Shown here in pieces: positions 7,336 through 16,800 of a stretch of 27,183 nucleotides of DNA. Source of the DNA: a virus (Duplodnaviria; Caudoviricetes); the IMG/VR virus record IMGVR_UViG_3300017909_003509, positions 1 to 27,183 of that record. One strand, 5' to 3'. How positions within the stretch are numbered: position 1 is the stretch's first letter; the number at the start of each line of letters is the position of its first letter. Under the pieces are notes generated by a model that was given only the letters and a program-made list of their open reading frames with translations, did no database searches and was not told the DNA's origin. A program made the translations under genes and the position numbers.

Positions 7336-9078
7336 TTAATTTTCTGTGCTTCTGAGTTCTTCCGTCTTGGAGACGATTTTATTTGACGCTTTGATAGCTT
7401 TCTGTGCTTCGTGGTCGACCTCATCAGATAGGCCGCCAGCAACGTAGGCATAGCTCCCTTCTTGCACTTCTTTAACAGATACAAAGATGTCAAAGATTGC
7501 TTCATTCAATTCTTTTGTCATCCTATTCAGCATCTCTTGTACATAAGTCGTACCAATTGGGATAATTCCGATGTTGGGTTCTGATTGCCCTTCTGGAAGA
7601 GCAGAATACTCTCCTGCTATGTCTTGAATTCTCAATACTTGGCCTTTATTCAAGTCAAATTGTAAAGTATCTAAGTATCCTCGTGAGTTGAGGAGTGCTC
7701 GCTTTTTCATTTCCGGGTCTAAAGAGTTGTAAAACTCAACAGACTTCGAAGCATCGAGGAAGACACCTTTCTTTCTTAGGGCGATGGTACGGGCACTTTT
7801 TAGTTTCTTCGCTGTGAACTGGTCAGTAACCACCTTGTTAGCTGCTGAAACCATAGCCCTGATTAAATTTCTGTTTTTAGTTGTCGGCGCGAGAACCTCT
7901 TCATCTACCGTGTTACTTTGCAAGAAACTTGTTACGGCCGCGTTCAGGGCCTTGTTTGAGACTTGGATATCAGACTGGCCGCGGACCACGAGAAATCTTT
8001 CACCTTTTTCAACTGTCTTAAATAACTCGTCATTGTTAGCCCAGTCAAGTATTTGCGTAAGCATTTCCACATACTCTTCGGGTAGATTTTCCTTTGCCAT
8101 AATCTTGTCTAGTGCCCCAACAAATGTTGTTTCCATCTCTTGTGTTGATGGTAAGTTCTCTTGTGATGGTAGCACAGAGTTAAAGTCAAAGTCTTTGTTT
8201 CCAGCTTGGACCTGCCTAACAAACTCAACTGGAAGCTCGATACACTTAACTGATTTACCCATTGAGTTAAGCACAATATTTGCAACATTATCAAGCGTAA
8301 AGTTAAATCTATAAAATTTTAAACTACCTTGAACATCTAGTCCCGAACTTTCCCCTTCGAAGGATTTCATTACTACAACGTACTGCATATAGTCATGCGG
8401 TGCAAACTGTGGATTAACCAAGTCTCCTACGAGGTCAGTGAAGGAGCCGCCAACGAGGACTGACTTTTCACTATAAAGCTTCAGTGAGATGGGCACATTA
8501 TCACCGGTTTTAAAGTCGGCGATAGTTCCCGTATTCGCTACGATTTGCTGACCATCAAGAAGGACCGCCAAGAAAGCTTCAAAGTTAAATCCTGCGGACG
8601 CTGCATTAAAGTTCGAAATAACTTTTGTTAAAGTTTTATAAAAAGTCAAATAAGAAAGTGCTTTCGCTATTCTTTTTCCCGTTGAATCACTAGCAAGCTC
8701 AATACTTTGCGGATTTGCATAAAAATCCGCCAATGACTTCACCTTTGCAGAAATGTCAGAACCTGTTATCTGCGACACAAACTGCAGCAACTGTTGTCTC
8801 GCTGGGCCGGCAATCTCTTTGTCACCCTTTGTTTGAACATCGGTCCACCCAAGCTCAGTGACGCTTATTTCGGGAATGGCCTGGAGTGTGAGGTTTAGTT
8901 CTTTTCTTTCGTTGATGAACTGCTCTTTTAGAATTTGTAGTTCACTTTTCGCTTCTTTGAAGAGAGCCCCCTTTTTTACTTCATAAACCTCCTCAATCAA
9001 GCTGAAAAGGTCACCTATGGTTGATACTGATTGTTTCTTGTTTTGATTCTCGGATAAAAATTGTTTGTGCCAGCTCAT
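7336..9078 (-). CDS. 580 aa phage protein with putative PD-(D/E)xK nuclease-like core
   Basis: Residues ~160-200 read AGFNFEAFLA...IADF.....PISLK (E helix, D, SxK). N-terminal WHKQFLSE. AAGGAG RBS. Confidence 0.55.
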   Translation of the reverse strand: MSWHKQFLSENQNKKQSVSTIGDLFSLIEEVYEVKKGALFKEAKSELQILKEQFINERKELNLTLQAIPEISVTELGWTDVQTKGDKEIAGPARQQLLQFVSQITGSDISAKVKSLADFYANPQSIELASDSTGKRIAKALSYLTFYKTLTKVISNFNAASAGFNFEAFLAVLLDGQQIVANTGTIADFKTGDNVPISLKLYSEKSVLVGGSFTDLVGDLVNPQFAPHDYMQYVVVMKSFEGESSGLDVQGSLKFYRFNFTLDNVANIVLNSMGKSVKCIELPVEFVRQVQAGNKDFDFNSVLPSQENLPSTQEMETTFVGALDKIMAKENLPEEYVEMLTQILDWANNDELFKTVEKGERFLVVRGQSDIQVSNKALNAAVTSFLQSNTVDEEVLAPTTKNRNLIRAMVSAANKVVTDQFTAKKLKSARTIALRKKGVFLDASKSVEFYNSLDPEMKKRALLNSRGYLDTLQFDLNKGQVLRIQDIAGEYSALPEGQSEPNIGIIPIGTTYVQEMLNRMTKELNEAIFDIFVSVKEVQEGSYAYVAGGLSDEVDHEAQKAIKASNKIVSKTEELRSTEN

Positions 9079-9093
9079 AATATATCTCCTTAA

Positions 9094-9102
9094 TATAATT
9101 AG
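9094..9102 (-). promoter_or_regulatory. Putative late promoter motif variant (CTAATTATA)
   Basis: Overlaps the clpP stop, directly upstream of the RBS of 7336..9078. Confidence 0.4.
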
Positions 9103-9788
9103 ATGATTTCGTCGGCAATACCCAACTCAATTGCTTCTTCAGCGGAGATATAAACATCGCGCTGGGTCTTCAGCATCTTCTTAATCTTTGTCTTGGTCAT
9201 TTTTGTGTATCCGGCGAGCATATCAATATAACTGTCTTGAACCCACTTGATTTCTTCTAGTTCGTTTTCCATCGAAAAGATTGTTCCACCAGTACCAGCC
9301 ATTACATTGTGTAGCATAATTCGACAGTTCTTGCCTATCTTTCGCTTTCCCTTTGTGCCGGCGGCGAGGATAGGCACACCAGCAGACATAACCTTACCAA
9401 CACCATACGTATGAATATCGCAAGTATTCTTCTTGACCATTTCCATAATATCAAGAATAGAGAACATATCCGAAGCAACACCACCGTGAGTTGAGACGTA
9501 CATGCTGATAGGCCGGGCAACAGCAAGAATATCAGAGTCAGGGTTAGTGGGGTCTTTTAAAACCTGGGTTACTGATGTGCTTTCAAGGTACAGTAAAGCG
9601 GCAGTAACTTCCGCTCCTTTGCGCTCAGTAATATCACCATATAAACTAATTGTTCTAAGTTCTGGAATATCATCCACTGGTGGTTGGATGTTGTTTATAA
9701 TGACAACTTGTTTATCATCAGTGTTTGCCACTGGATTCTTTTGGTCCACTTCTTTATTCTTGTTTTTCTTTTTCTTTTTGTCAGTCAT
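9099..9788 (-). CDS. clpP: ClpP-family serine protease
   Basis: STHGG, catalytic Ser in VMSAG, His in IMLHN, Asp in RDVYISAEEAIELGIADEI. Confidence 0.92.
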   Translation of the reverse strand: MTDKKKKKNKNKEVDQKNPVANTDDKQVVIINNIQPPVDDIPELRTISLYGDITERKGAEVTAALLYLESTSVTQVLKDPTNPDSDILAVARPISMYVSTHGGVASDMFSILDIMEMVKKNTCDIHTYGVGKVMSAGVPILAAGTKGKRKIGKNCRIMLHNVMAGTGGTIFSMENELEEIKWVQDSYIDMLAGYTKMTKTKIKKMLKTQRDVYISAEEAIELGIADEII

Positions 9789-10039
9789 GCTGCCTCTTTC
9801 AAAATAGTGTTATGCTTACTTAGTGTGTTAATAATTTTATCAAATTCTGTTGTGTTTGAAAAGCTTTTTTTAAAAATTAATATCTTTTTGTCTTTTTTTG
9901 GGTCGATACCTTCACCTACACTTGTCCAACCGGAAAAAAAATCATATATTATCTCCTCATTTTCTGCTTCATAAGATACTTGTACGCTCAACTCATTGTC
10001 AGAAACCTTCCAATAATGTCCAGTCATCAATTTACTCAC
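9785..10039 (-). CDS. Hypothetical protein
   Basis: GTG start with GGAGG RBS; ATGA overlap with clpP. Confidence 0.7.
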   Translation of the reverse strand: MSKLMTGHYWKVSDNELSVQVSYEAENEEIIYDFFSGWTSVGEGIDPKKDKKILIFKKSFSNTTEFDKIINTLSKHNTILKEAA

Positions 10040-10082
10040 GACAAATGCCCTCCGTGTTATATCAAAGCATCTGTCTATAAGT

Positions 10083-10111
10083 ATTATATCAAAATTGTTT
10101 TAGCTTGTCCA
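10083..10111 (-). promoter_or_regulatory. Sigma70-like promoter with extended -10
   Basis: Minus strand TGGACA-17 nt-TATAAT with TGn directly before the -10. Confidence 0.75.
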
Positions 10112-10112
10112 T

Positions 10113-10144
10113 AAAAAAACCCCAAAGAAATCTTTGGGGTTTTT
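10113..10144 (-). terminator. Rho-independent terminator (potentially bidirectional)
   Basis: CCCCAAAG-AAAT-CTTTGGGG perfect stem flanked by A7 and T5, just downstream of 10172..10864. Confidence 0.88.
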
Positions 10145-10171
10145 AAAATTTAAATGAGCTTAAATTGTATT

Positions 10172-10864
10172 TTACTTTTTGTTCATTTTTTCTCTGATAA
10201 TTCTTTGTGTGACTCTACGAAGAACTTCTTGTACTAGTTCCTCTTGAAGAGCTTCCTCTTCTTCGTCTTCCTCTTCTTCGTCCTCTGGCATGTCGTCTTC
10301 TTCTGGCTCTTCTTCAGCGGCCGCTTCTTCATCGGCGCCGCCGATGTCAAATTCCATTTCCTCATCGTCTGGCATCATATCATCTGGCTCCTCTGCTTCA
10401 TCACCAGAACCTTCCATAGCCATCTTCAATCTCTCACCCAGATCAACCAAGAGTTGAGCCTCCTCTTCGGTTAGACTAACATCCGCTTCTCCCATTTGGG
10501 CTCCAGGCTCTGCGCCGATTGGCTCATCGGCCATACCTTCTTCGTCTTCTTCTGCATCATCCATTGGGTCATCTTCATCTTGCTCGAAAAGTTCATCTTC
10601 CATGACCATTTCGTCTTCTTCCATACAGTTGCCTTCTTCCATACAGTGGCCTTCGTTAGCTTCTTCATCCTCGTCCATATAGGAACCTTCCGACATTTCG
10701 TCTTCACCTAAGCCTTCGTCCATGTCGTCTTCTTCCATATAGACTTCTTCAATATCATCTTTGTGGACCTTTTCGTTGATAAAGTTGTCAGTGAGCCTGT
10801 CAACTTTTGCTAATGCCATAAATCTTCTTATTGTGCTTTCACTAAGCAGCTGCTTGTTACTCAT
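10172..10864 (-). CDS. Highly acidic low-complexity protein, possibly scaffold/prohead core or internal head protein
   Basis: E/D/M-rich middle between helical ends (LLSESTIRRFMALAKV and ELVQEVLRRVTQRI); own upstream motif, AAGGAG RBS and terminator. Confidence 0.6.
   Translation of the reverse strand: MSNKQLLSESTIRRFMALAKVDRLTDNFINEKVHKDDIEEVYMEEDDMDEGLGEDEMSEGSYMDEDEEANEGHCMEEGNCMEEDEMVMEDELFEQDEDDPMDDAEEDEEGMADEPIGAEPGAQMGEADVSLTEEEAQLLVDLGERLKMAMEGSGDEAEEPDDMMPDDEEMEFDIGGADEEAAAEEEPEEDDMPEDEEEEDEEEEALQEELVQEVLRRVTQRIIREKMNKK
10619..10654. repeat. 18 bp tandem duplication within the acidic gene
   Basis: ttccatacagttgccttc / ttccatacagtggccttc, encoding EG(H/N)CME twice. Confidence 0.8.
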
Positions 10865-10908
10865 TTAAAATATCTCCTTTTCACATAAAGATGGTGTAAA
10901 ATACAATA

Positions 10909-10917
10909 ATAAATAGT
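10909..10917 (-). promoter_or_regulatory. Putative late promoter motif (ACTATTTAT)
   Basis: Intergenic, upstream of ATG 10864; identical core to the 4148-4160 site. Confidence 0.5.
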
Positions 10918-10934
10918 CTTTGTGTTTTATAAAA

Positions 10935-11147
10935 TCATTTTTTTATTCTCTTCGCAAGTTTAGCCATTGCCTGTTTTTCTATCTGTGAAACTCTAACCAA
11001 AGAGATGCCTAATCTTTTAGCAGTCTCATCTAAAGTCATAGCACCGTTCTTCTCCACTGCTACGAGGGCACAGTTATTGTCTTCTGGGTAATCTATCCAG
11101 CATCGACAAGTCTCAGGGGAACATCCTTCTTTGGGCTTATTCATCAA
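10935..11147 (-). CDS. Stand-alone sigma70 region-4-like HTH protein with Cys-rich N-terminus
   Basis: MTLDETAKRLGISLVRVSQIEKQAMAKL matches sigma region 4.2 (TLxExGxxxxxTxERIRQIExKALxKL); four Cys upstream. Confidence 0.75.
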   Translation of the reverse strand: MMNKPKEGCSPETCRCWIDYPEDNNCALVAVEKNGAMTLDETAKRLGISLVRVSQIEKQAMAKLAKRIKK

Positions 11148-11448
11148 AATCCTCTTCTATTAAGTCGAAAACAAAATTCTTTTCGTCTTCTGAAAGTCCA
11201 AAGTCTCTCTTCATTTCTTCTCCTTTTTCTATTTCTTTTAGGGTATACTTTCTTTTTCTTTTACCCATAGTTGTTTTGCTTTCTTTTATCTTTTCAACGA
11301 TCCTAGCCATGTCAATGTCATTTTCAACATACAGCTCTACAAGGCCGCGAAAAAAGTTACCTTGTGTTAACCTATCATACCTAAGTCTTGTAACCATTCT
11401 AGCATGCTGATCGTCAGTGTCAAGGAAAACTATCTTTTTTTCTATCAT
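11137..11448 (-). CDS. Hypothetical protein, possible ribbon-helix-helix DNA binder
   Basis: KKIVFLD strand, DDQHARMVTRLRYD helix, then LTQGNFFRGLVELYV helix. Confidence 0.5.
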   Translation of the reverse strand: MIEKKIVFLDTDDQHARMVTRLRYDRLTQGNFFRGLVELYVENDIDMARIVEKIKESKTTMGKRKRKYTLKEIEKGEEMKRDFGLSEDEKNFVFDLIEEDFDE

Positions 11449-12482
11449 CTCTTTAAGATATGTGTGCTAGACTCTAGTTGGCCGGCTGAACTTTGCTGAA
11501 CAAAGCTTGCTTTTGCTTGCAGCTCTGTAATATTTCTAGCCCCCGAATAAGAAAAGCCCGACTTAATGTTACTTTCCAAGTTTCTAACTATATCCACAAC
11601 GCTTCCTTTATATGGGATAGTAGTTGATATTCCTTCCAAAGAACGTGCCTTGCCTCTCCAGTCAACCTGCGCTTCTACAGAAGCCATACCTCTGTACACT
11701 TTGTACTTCGTCTCTTCGTTCGAGCTGATAACATCACCTGGAGATTCGTCAGTACCCGCCAACATAGAACCGAGCATAACAAAGTCTGCTCCGGCTGCGA
11801 GAGCCTTCACTATATCTCCAGCAGTCTTGATACCGCCGTCAGCTATAATAGCTGCTCCATCCATGCTAGCACAGTCCATCACGGACTGCAAGGTTGGCAT
11901 ACCATGGCCAGTTTGAATCCTTGTCGAACAGATAGAGCCTCCGCCAATGCCAATTCTAACAGCATCTGCACCCCACGTAGACAAATCGTGATAAGCCTCT
12001 GGAGTTGCTATGTTACCAGCCATTATGATTACTTGCTCTCCGTGGTTATCCTTCAGTGTCTTGATCGCCCTTTCGGTCAAACAATGATGGCCGTGAGCCA
12101 CATCTAGACAAAGAATCCTAACACCATTCTCTACTAGCAATTTAGCTCTTTTTTCAAAATCACCAGTCGAACCAATAGCAACAGATAACTTAGAAGAGTA
12201 GCTGTGATTCTCCTCTTCGAGTCTCATCCTGGTGTCTGCAAAGATACTTGCCTGTTTAACTGGTGGGTTGTACCTGTGAAGAACACCCAATCCTCCTAGT
12301 TTAGCCATCGCATACATCATATCCGATTCTGTAACTGTATCCATCGGACTAGCAATGATTGGGACACTAAACTCACAATCTGCTATGTTTGATGTTAATG
12401 ATACTTCATCTCTACTTTCGATGTCGCTCTTGGCTGGTACCAGCAGCAAATCATCAAAGCTATAAGTTTGTCTGAACTTCAT
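11445..12482 (-). CDS. IMP dehydrogenase/GMP reductase family enzyme (CBS-less; probably GMP reductase)
   Basis: FDDLLLVP, SPMDTVT, LDVAHGH, GIGGGSICSTR (catalytic Cys), ADGGI, YRGMAS. Start moved to 12482 (GAGGT RBS). Confidence 0.9.
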   Translation of the reverse strand: MKFRQTYSFDDLLLVPAKSDIESRDEVSLTSNIADCEFSVPIIASPMDTVTESDMMYAMAKLGGLGVLHRYNPPVKQASIFADTRMRLEEENHSYSSKLSVAIGSTGDFEKRAKLLVENGVRILCLDVAHGHHCLTERAIKTLKDNHGEQVIIMAGNIATPEAYHDLSTWGADAVRIGIGGGSICSTRIQTGHGMPTLQSVMDCASMDGAAIIADGGIKTAGDIVKALAAGADFVMLGSMLAGTDESPGDVISSNEETKYKVYRGMASVEAQVDWRGKARSLEGISTTIPYKGSVVDIVRNLESNIKSGFSYSGARNITELQAKASFVQQSSAGQLESSTHILKR

Positions 12483-12711
12483 CGTTCCATACCTCTTCAT
12501 CTTCAAAACAATCGGTACAAAGCAAGTCTATATTTTCGCTTTCTTTGTTTATCTTCCAATCGTCTATGTTCTCGCCTTGTTCGGGCCGGCGGCCGCATGC
12601 GTTGCAAGCCACCATTAATTTAAATTCATTCATCTTTCTTTTGAAATCTTTGAAGAATTGCTTACGAGCAGCATTTAATTGCTTTCGCCTAATCTTTCTT
12701 GCAAATCCCAT
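12460..12711 (-). CDS. Small basic zinc-finger-like protein
   Basis: CNAC...CTDC pairs and a basic N-terminus; coupled to dut. Confidence 0.6.
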   Translation of the reverse strand: MGFARKIRRKQLNAARKQFFKDFKRKMNEFKLMVACNACGRRPEQGENIDDWKINKESENIDLLCTDCFEDEEVWNDEVQTNL

Positions 12712-13187
12712 TACGAGTCTCCAGTAGAACCTAGAGCACCAGAGCCCCTGGCTGTTGAACCGCCATAAACACTATCCTCTTTGATTTCCCAAAGCATTGG
12801 CTTCTCAATCCTGACGAAGACACCCTGTGCAATCTTTTGGCCTGGCTCAATGAACTGTGTTTCCTTGCCGATGTTTTGAAGGTTTACAAAAATCTCTCCA
12901 TCATAACCTTCGTCCACAACACAAGCTCCGGTTACGAGCTGCTTCTTGCTTGCAACTCCTGACTTATTCATAATCTGAAGCATGCACCCTGGTGGTACCT
13001 CCATCTTAATGCCTGTGCCGAGCAAGACACTCCTATTTGGCTCCACTCTAACTGCCGCTGTGTTAGAGTCTGGACAAAAGAAGAAATCCATTCCTGCATC
13101 TGTTCTGTGTGCCCTATCTGGCAACTTTGCTTCTGGGCTGGTTCTAAACACTCTAACCCTATTTACTTCATCAAAAATCATTAACAT
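12711..13187 (-). CDS. dut: Trimeric dUTPase
   Basis: AGMDF, KSG, VVDEGYDGE, KIAQ and RGSGALGSTG motifs I-V. Confidence 0.95.
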   Translation of the reverse strand: MLMIFDEVNRVRVFRTSPEAKLPDRAHRTDAGMDFFFCPDSNTAAVRVEPNRSVLLGTGIKMEVPPGCMLQIMNKSGVASKKQLVTGACVVDEGYDGEIFVNLQNIGKETQFIEPGQKIAQGVFVRIEKPMLWEIKEDSVYGGSTARGSGALGSTGDS

Positions 13188-13828
13188 ACTCCTTTTATAA
13201 TTGGTGTTAAGTCTCGTTCTTCTAGTAGGGTATAAGTAAAGCTGTTACCCCATTTATCTGCCGCTTCCTGGCAAGTGTCCATAAACTCATAAAAGTCTGG
13301 TGTATTTTTGAATACTTGACACCCAGCCGAAGAGCCGCCTGTGTTAACTCTTGCGCCTGGGCCGCGGTGCTTGTGAATATTGATACCAAACCAACCTTCC
13401 TCTTCTGGTCCGTGATAGTCAGGATGCGCGTTTCTATTATTGTCCCGCCACACTCTTACCTTATCACCACGCTGAATAAGTGCAGTGTAGCGTGTTGGGC
13501 CGTGAGGACCAATCTTATATGTGCTGCGGTACTGGTCTGGGACCAGAATAGCTGTGCCTTTGTGTCTAACCTGTTTTATTGGTAGCTTCAATATCTTATC
13601 ACCGGGCTCAGTTGTTGCTGGATACACATCGCAAACCCATTCCCCATGTACTTTATACAAAACATTTAAGAAGTCATCAAACCTTGATGCATCTCCAGAA
13701 TCATTTCTGACTCCGACAATGTTCAAATTGTAATCTCCATTCTCAAAGAATGCGTACCCTTTCTTTGCAAAAGCATCCTTATATTGTTTTACCATAATCT
13801 TCGCTGAAAGTCCAGTTAATCTTGCCAT
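13181..13828 (-). CDS. Putative L,D-transpeptidase (YkuD)-like cell-wall enzyme/lysin
   Basis: GINIH-x13-SSAGCQV His/Cys motif; AGGAG RBS; no signal peptide. Confidence 0.6.
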   Translation of the reverse strand: MARLTGLSAKIMVKQYKDAFAKKGYAFFENGDYNLNIVGVRNDSGDASRFDDFLNVLYKVHGEWVCDVYPATTEPGDKILKLPIKQVRHKGTAILVPDQYRSTYKIGPHGPTRYTALIQRGDKVRVWRDNNRNAHPDYHGPEEEGWFGINIHKHRGPGARVNTGGSSAGCQVFKNTPDFYEFMDTCQEAADKWGNSFTYTLLEERDLTPIIKGVC

Positions 13829-13840
13829 TTTCTTTCTCCT

Positions 13841-16800
13841 TTATGCCAATAACTTAAACATTTTTCTAACACTGAATGTAGAGAATCCCCAGTTCGGATC
13901 GTACTTCAGTCGAGCCATGTACGGCCTGTTAATATGAACTACATCTTTGTCGGGGTCCACTCCCCAACATCGAATTGTTGTAGTCTCGTTGTTATCATCA
14001 ATCACCTTAACTACATAGAAGTTCTTACCATTTTTAGACTTTTTAAGTTTACACTCACGGGGAATAAACCAAGTCACTCCCAAGTCTGGGTCGAACTCTG
14101 AGATGGGCGGAATGTAAAGTTCATCTAGCTTTTGCCTTACCCTGGTAGTAACAACGGAACTGATAGGAAACACGCCAGTTAAACTAACCAAGTACTCTAG
14201 TTTTTCTTCTTCTGAGAAGTCTCCTTCTGGTTCATACTTAACAATGTTTTCTTCTAGGTTCTTTGGTTTCCGTGGCCTATCGACTGCAACAGCCGAATAG
14301 AAGTGCTTTAATCCAGAGAATCTATCATCAACAAGGTCGTTCATTGCCTGTGCAAGCGTCAAAGCATGAATAGACTTCTTGTTAAGTTTTGAGTAAACAA
14401 TCTCAGGGTGAAACAAAAACTCTTCGATAGTATCGAACGGACGATGATTGATAATTTGTTCAATAGCTTTATCGCCCAAGCCCTTAATTGATGTTAGTGG
14501 CTGAATCAAAGTATGTCCTGTTTCGTCAATTTCCCACACCGTACCAGAAGTGTTGACGTTAAGTGGCTCAACCTTGTAGCCTAGAGACTTTGCAGTTGCA
14601 ATGGCTCGTTCTTTTCTAGTCTCCGGCTCCTTGTCCAAGAAGGCTGCTAACCATTCTGCTGGATAGTAGTTAAGAAGCCAAGCACACTGATAAGATAGAA
14701 TACAGTACGAAACTGCGTGAGACTTATTGAATCCGTAACCAGAGAAGTACTCGAAGGTCTGCCAAAGCTCTCTAGCTTCGCTTTCGAGCATACCCTTCTC
14801 TACACACCCAGTCTTGAACTTCTGGAATATCTTGTCTTTTTCTTCTACTACTGCCCCAGTGCCCTTCTTAGTCAAGAGTTTGCGAAGCTTGTTGCCCTCG
14901 TCCAGAGTCAAGTCTTTGCCCAGCTTGTGAGCCAACATAGCAATCTGCTCTTGAAAGATAAGAAAGCCATAGGTCTCTTCAGTCACAGAGCGAACAGTAT
15001 CATTAAGGTATTCTACCTCATCTGGTTCTTGCTTTGCACCGATGAACATCTTATCAACACCAGCCGACAATGGTCCGGGACGATAAATAGATGTAATAGC
15101 AGCTAAGTCTGTAATGTTGTCTGGCTTTGCATTCTTGCAAAAAGATTGGGCTCCGCCCTCTGTAAACTGAAAGATACCTGCCCATTTGCCTTCGTGAAAG
15201 ATGTTCTGCCAAACTTCACTATCATCCAAATCAATCTTGTCTGGATGCAGATGCTCATCATAGAAAGATTTAATCTGCTCAAAAGTTGGAGACTTAACTC
15301 CGTGGTGCCTTCTGAGGATTCTATCTATTGCGCCCTCAACCATTCTAAGAGAAGCCAATCCAAGAATGTCAAACTTAATAAAACCCATGGGCTCCAGGTG
15401 GCGAACGTTCTGGCCTTCTGACCACGGAGTCTGGCGAACTCCGCCAGAGTTAATCAACGGCATCCATTCATCTAAACGCTCACCAATCACAACGCCACCA
15501 GCGTGTCGACTAGCTGACCGAGTTTGGCCATACAATGCTTCAACGTGTGTTTTAATATGTGGATACTTTTGCAAGAACTTTTGCAGTGTTTCCGAATACA
15601 TCATCAGTTCTTCAAAGGTTGGGGCATAAACTCCAGCTGTGATGCCATGGGCCTTCTTAGCTAATGGCGTGGCCTCATGTACCATCTTACTGGTTACGTT
15701 GTTGACCTCTGTGAATTCGATTCCGTAAAACTTTGAAATATCCTTAATCAAAGAACGTAGCTGAAGAGTGTTCCAGTTAGTAATAGGCACCACAGTATCA
15801 TCACCCCACTGGTCAATCAGGTGTTCCTTAAGCACCATCGGGTCAGAAACATCGTAGTCAATATCTGGATAGCCTGAGCCGCCCTTAGTCAAAAACCTTT
15901 CAAACTGAAGGCCATACTTGATTGGGTCAACCTGAGTGATACCTAGTACATAAGATACCAACGAGCCGGCTGCAGAGCCTCGACCAGGACCAACTAATTG
16001 CTTCTCAACGGCCATGTCTGATATAGCCTTCATAGTCAAGAAATATTTAGAGAAACCTCTATCGTCGATAATGTCAACCTCATACCGCAGACGCTCTGCA
16101 TACTCTGTGTTGTTCTCTAGCCCCAGAGAGCGGAGACCCTCGACGCACAGAGCAGCCAAAGTTTGGCCTGCGTTCGAGCCTTCAGGGACAACAAAGTCAG
16201 GCAGGCGTACAGTATTATCCGGGAGGAACGACTCTATACGTCGGTGAGCAATATCATGAGTCCTAGCGATTGATGCTTTTACTAGCTCATCATCATATTC
16301 TACTCCGCACAATTTTGAGTAATGCTTGTAACTCTCCCACATCTGGTCACCATTCTTTGGATATAGTTCGTATCCAATCTCCTCTACGGAAACAGGCAAC
16401 TCTTCCGACAGATAATCAGGCCGTCCTTTGCCCAACCAACCAAGACGCTTGTATAACTCTCTATCCTTCCAGACCTCTGGATTGTAATAGTGCGAGTCGG
16501 CAGTTGAGATAAGCTCAATTCCAAACTCATGATGCATCTGAATGATGTATTGATTTAGCTCGTGTTGTTCCGGCACATTGTTCCACTGCAATTCACCATA
16601 CCAGCGGTCACCGAAGATAGACTGCATCTTTTGCGTTGTCTTCCTCATAGCATCTAGAATAGCGTCTGCGCCTTCTTCTCTGTTCTCCCAGTAGTTGCCT
16701 GCATATACGCCGCCCAAACAGGCAGAAGCAGCAATTACGCCCTTGTTGTACTTCTTGAGGAGGGCATAGTCAACTCGGGGATAACGATAGAAGTTATCAC

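Noticed and set aside
7784-8314. 176 aa plus-strand ORF
   Set aside because: Antisense shadow of the 580 aa gene, with no motif or RBS
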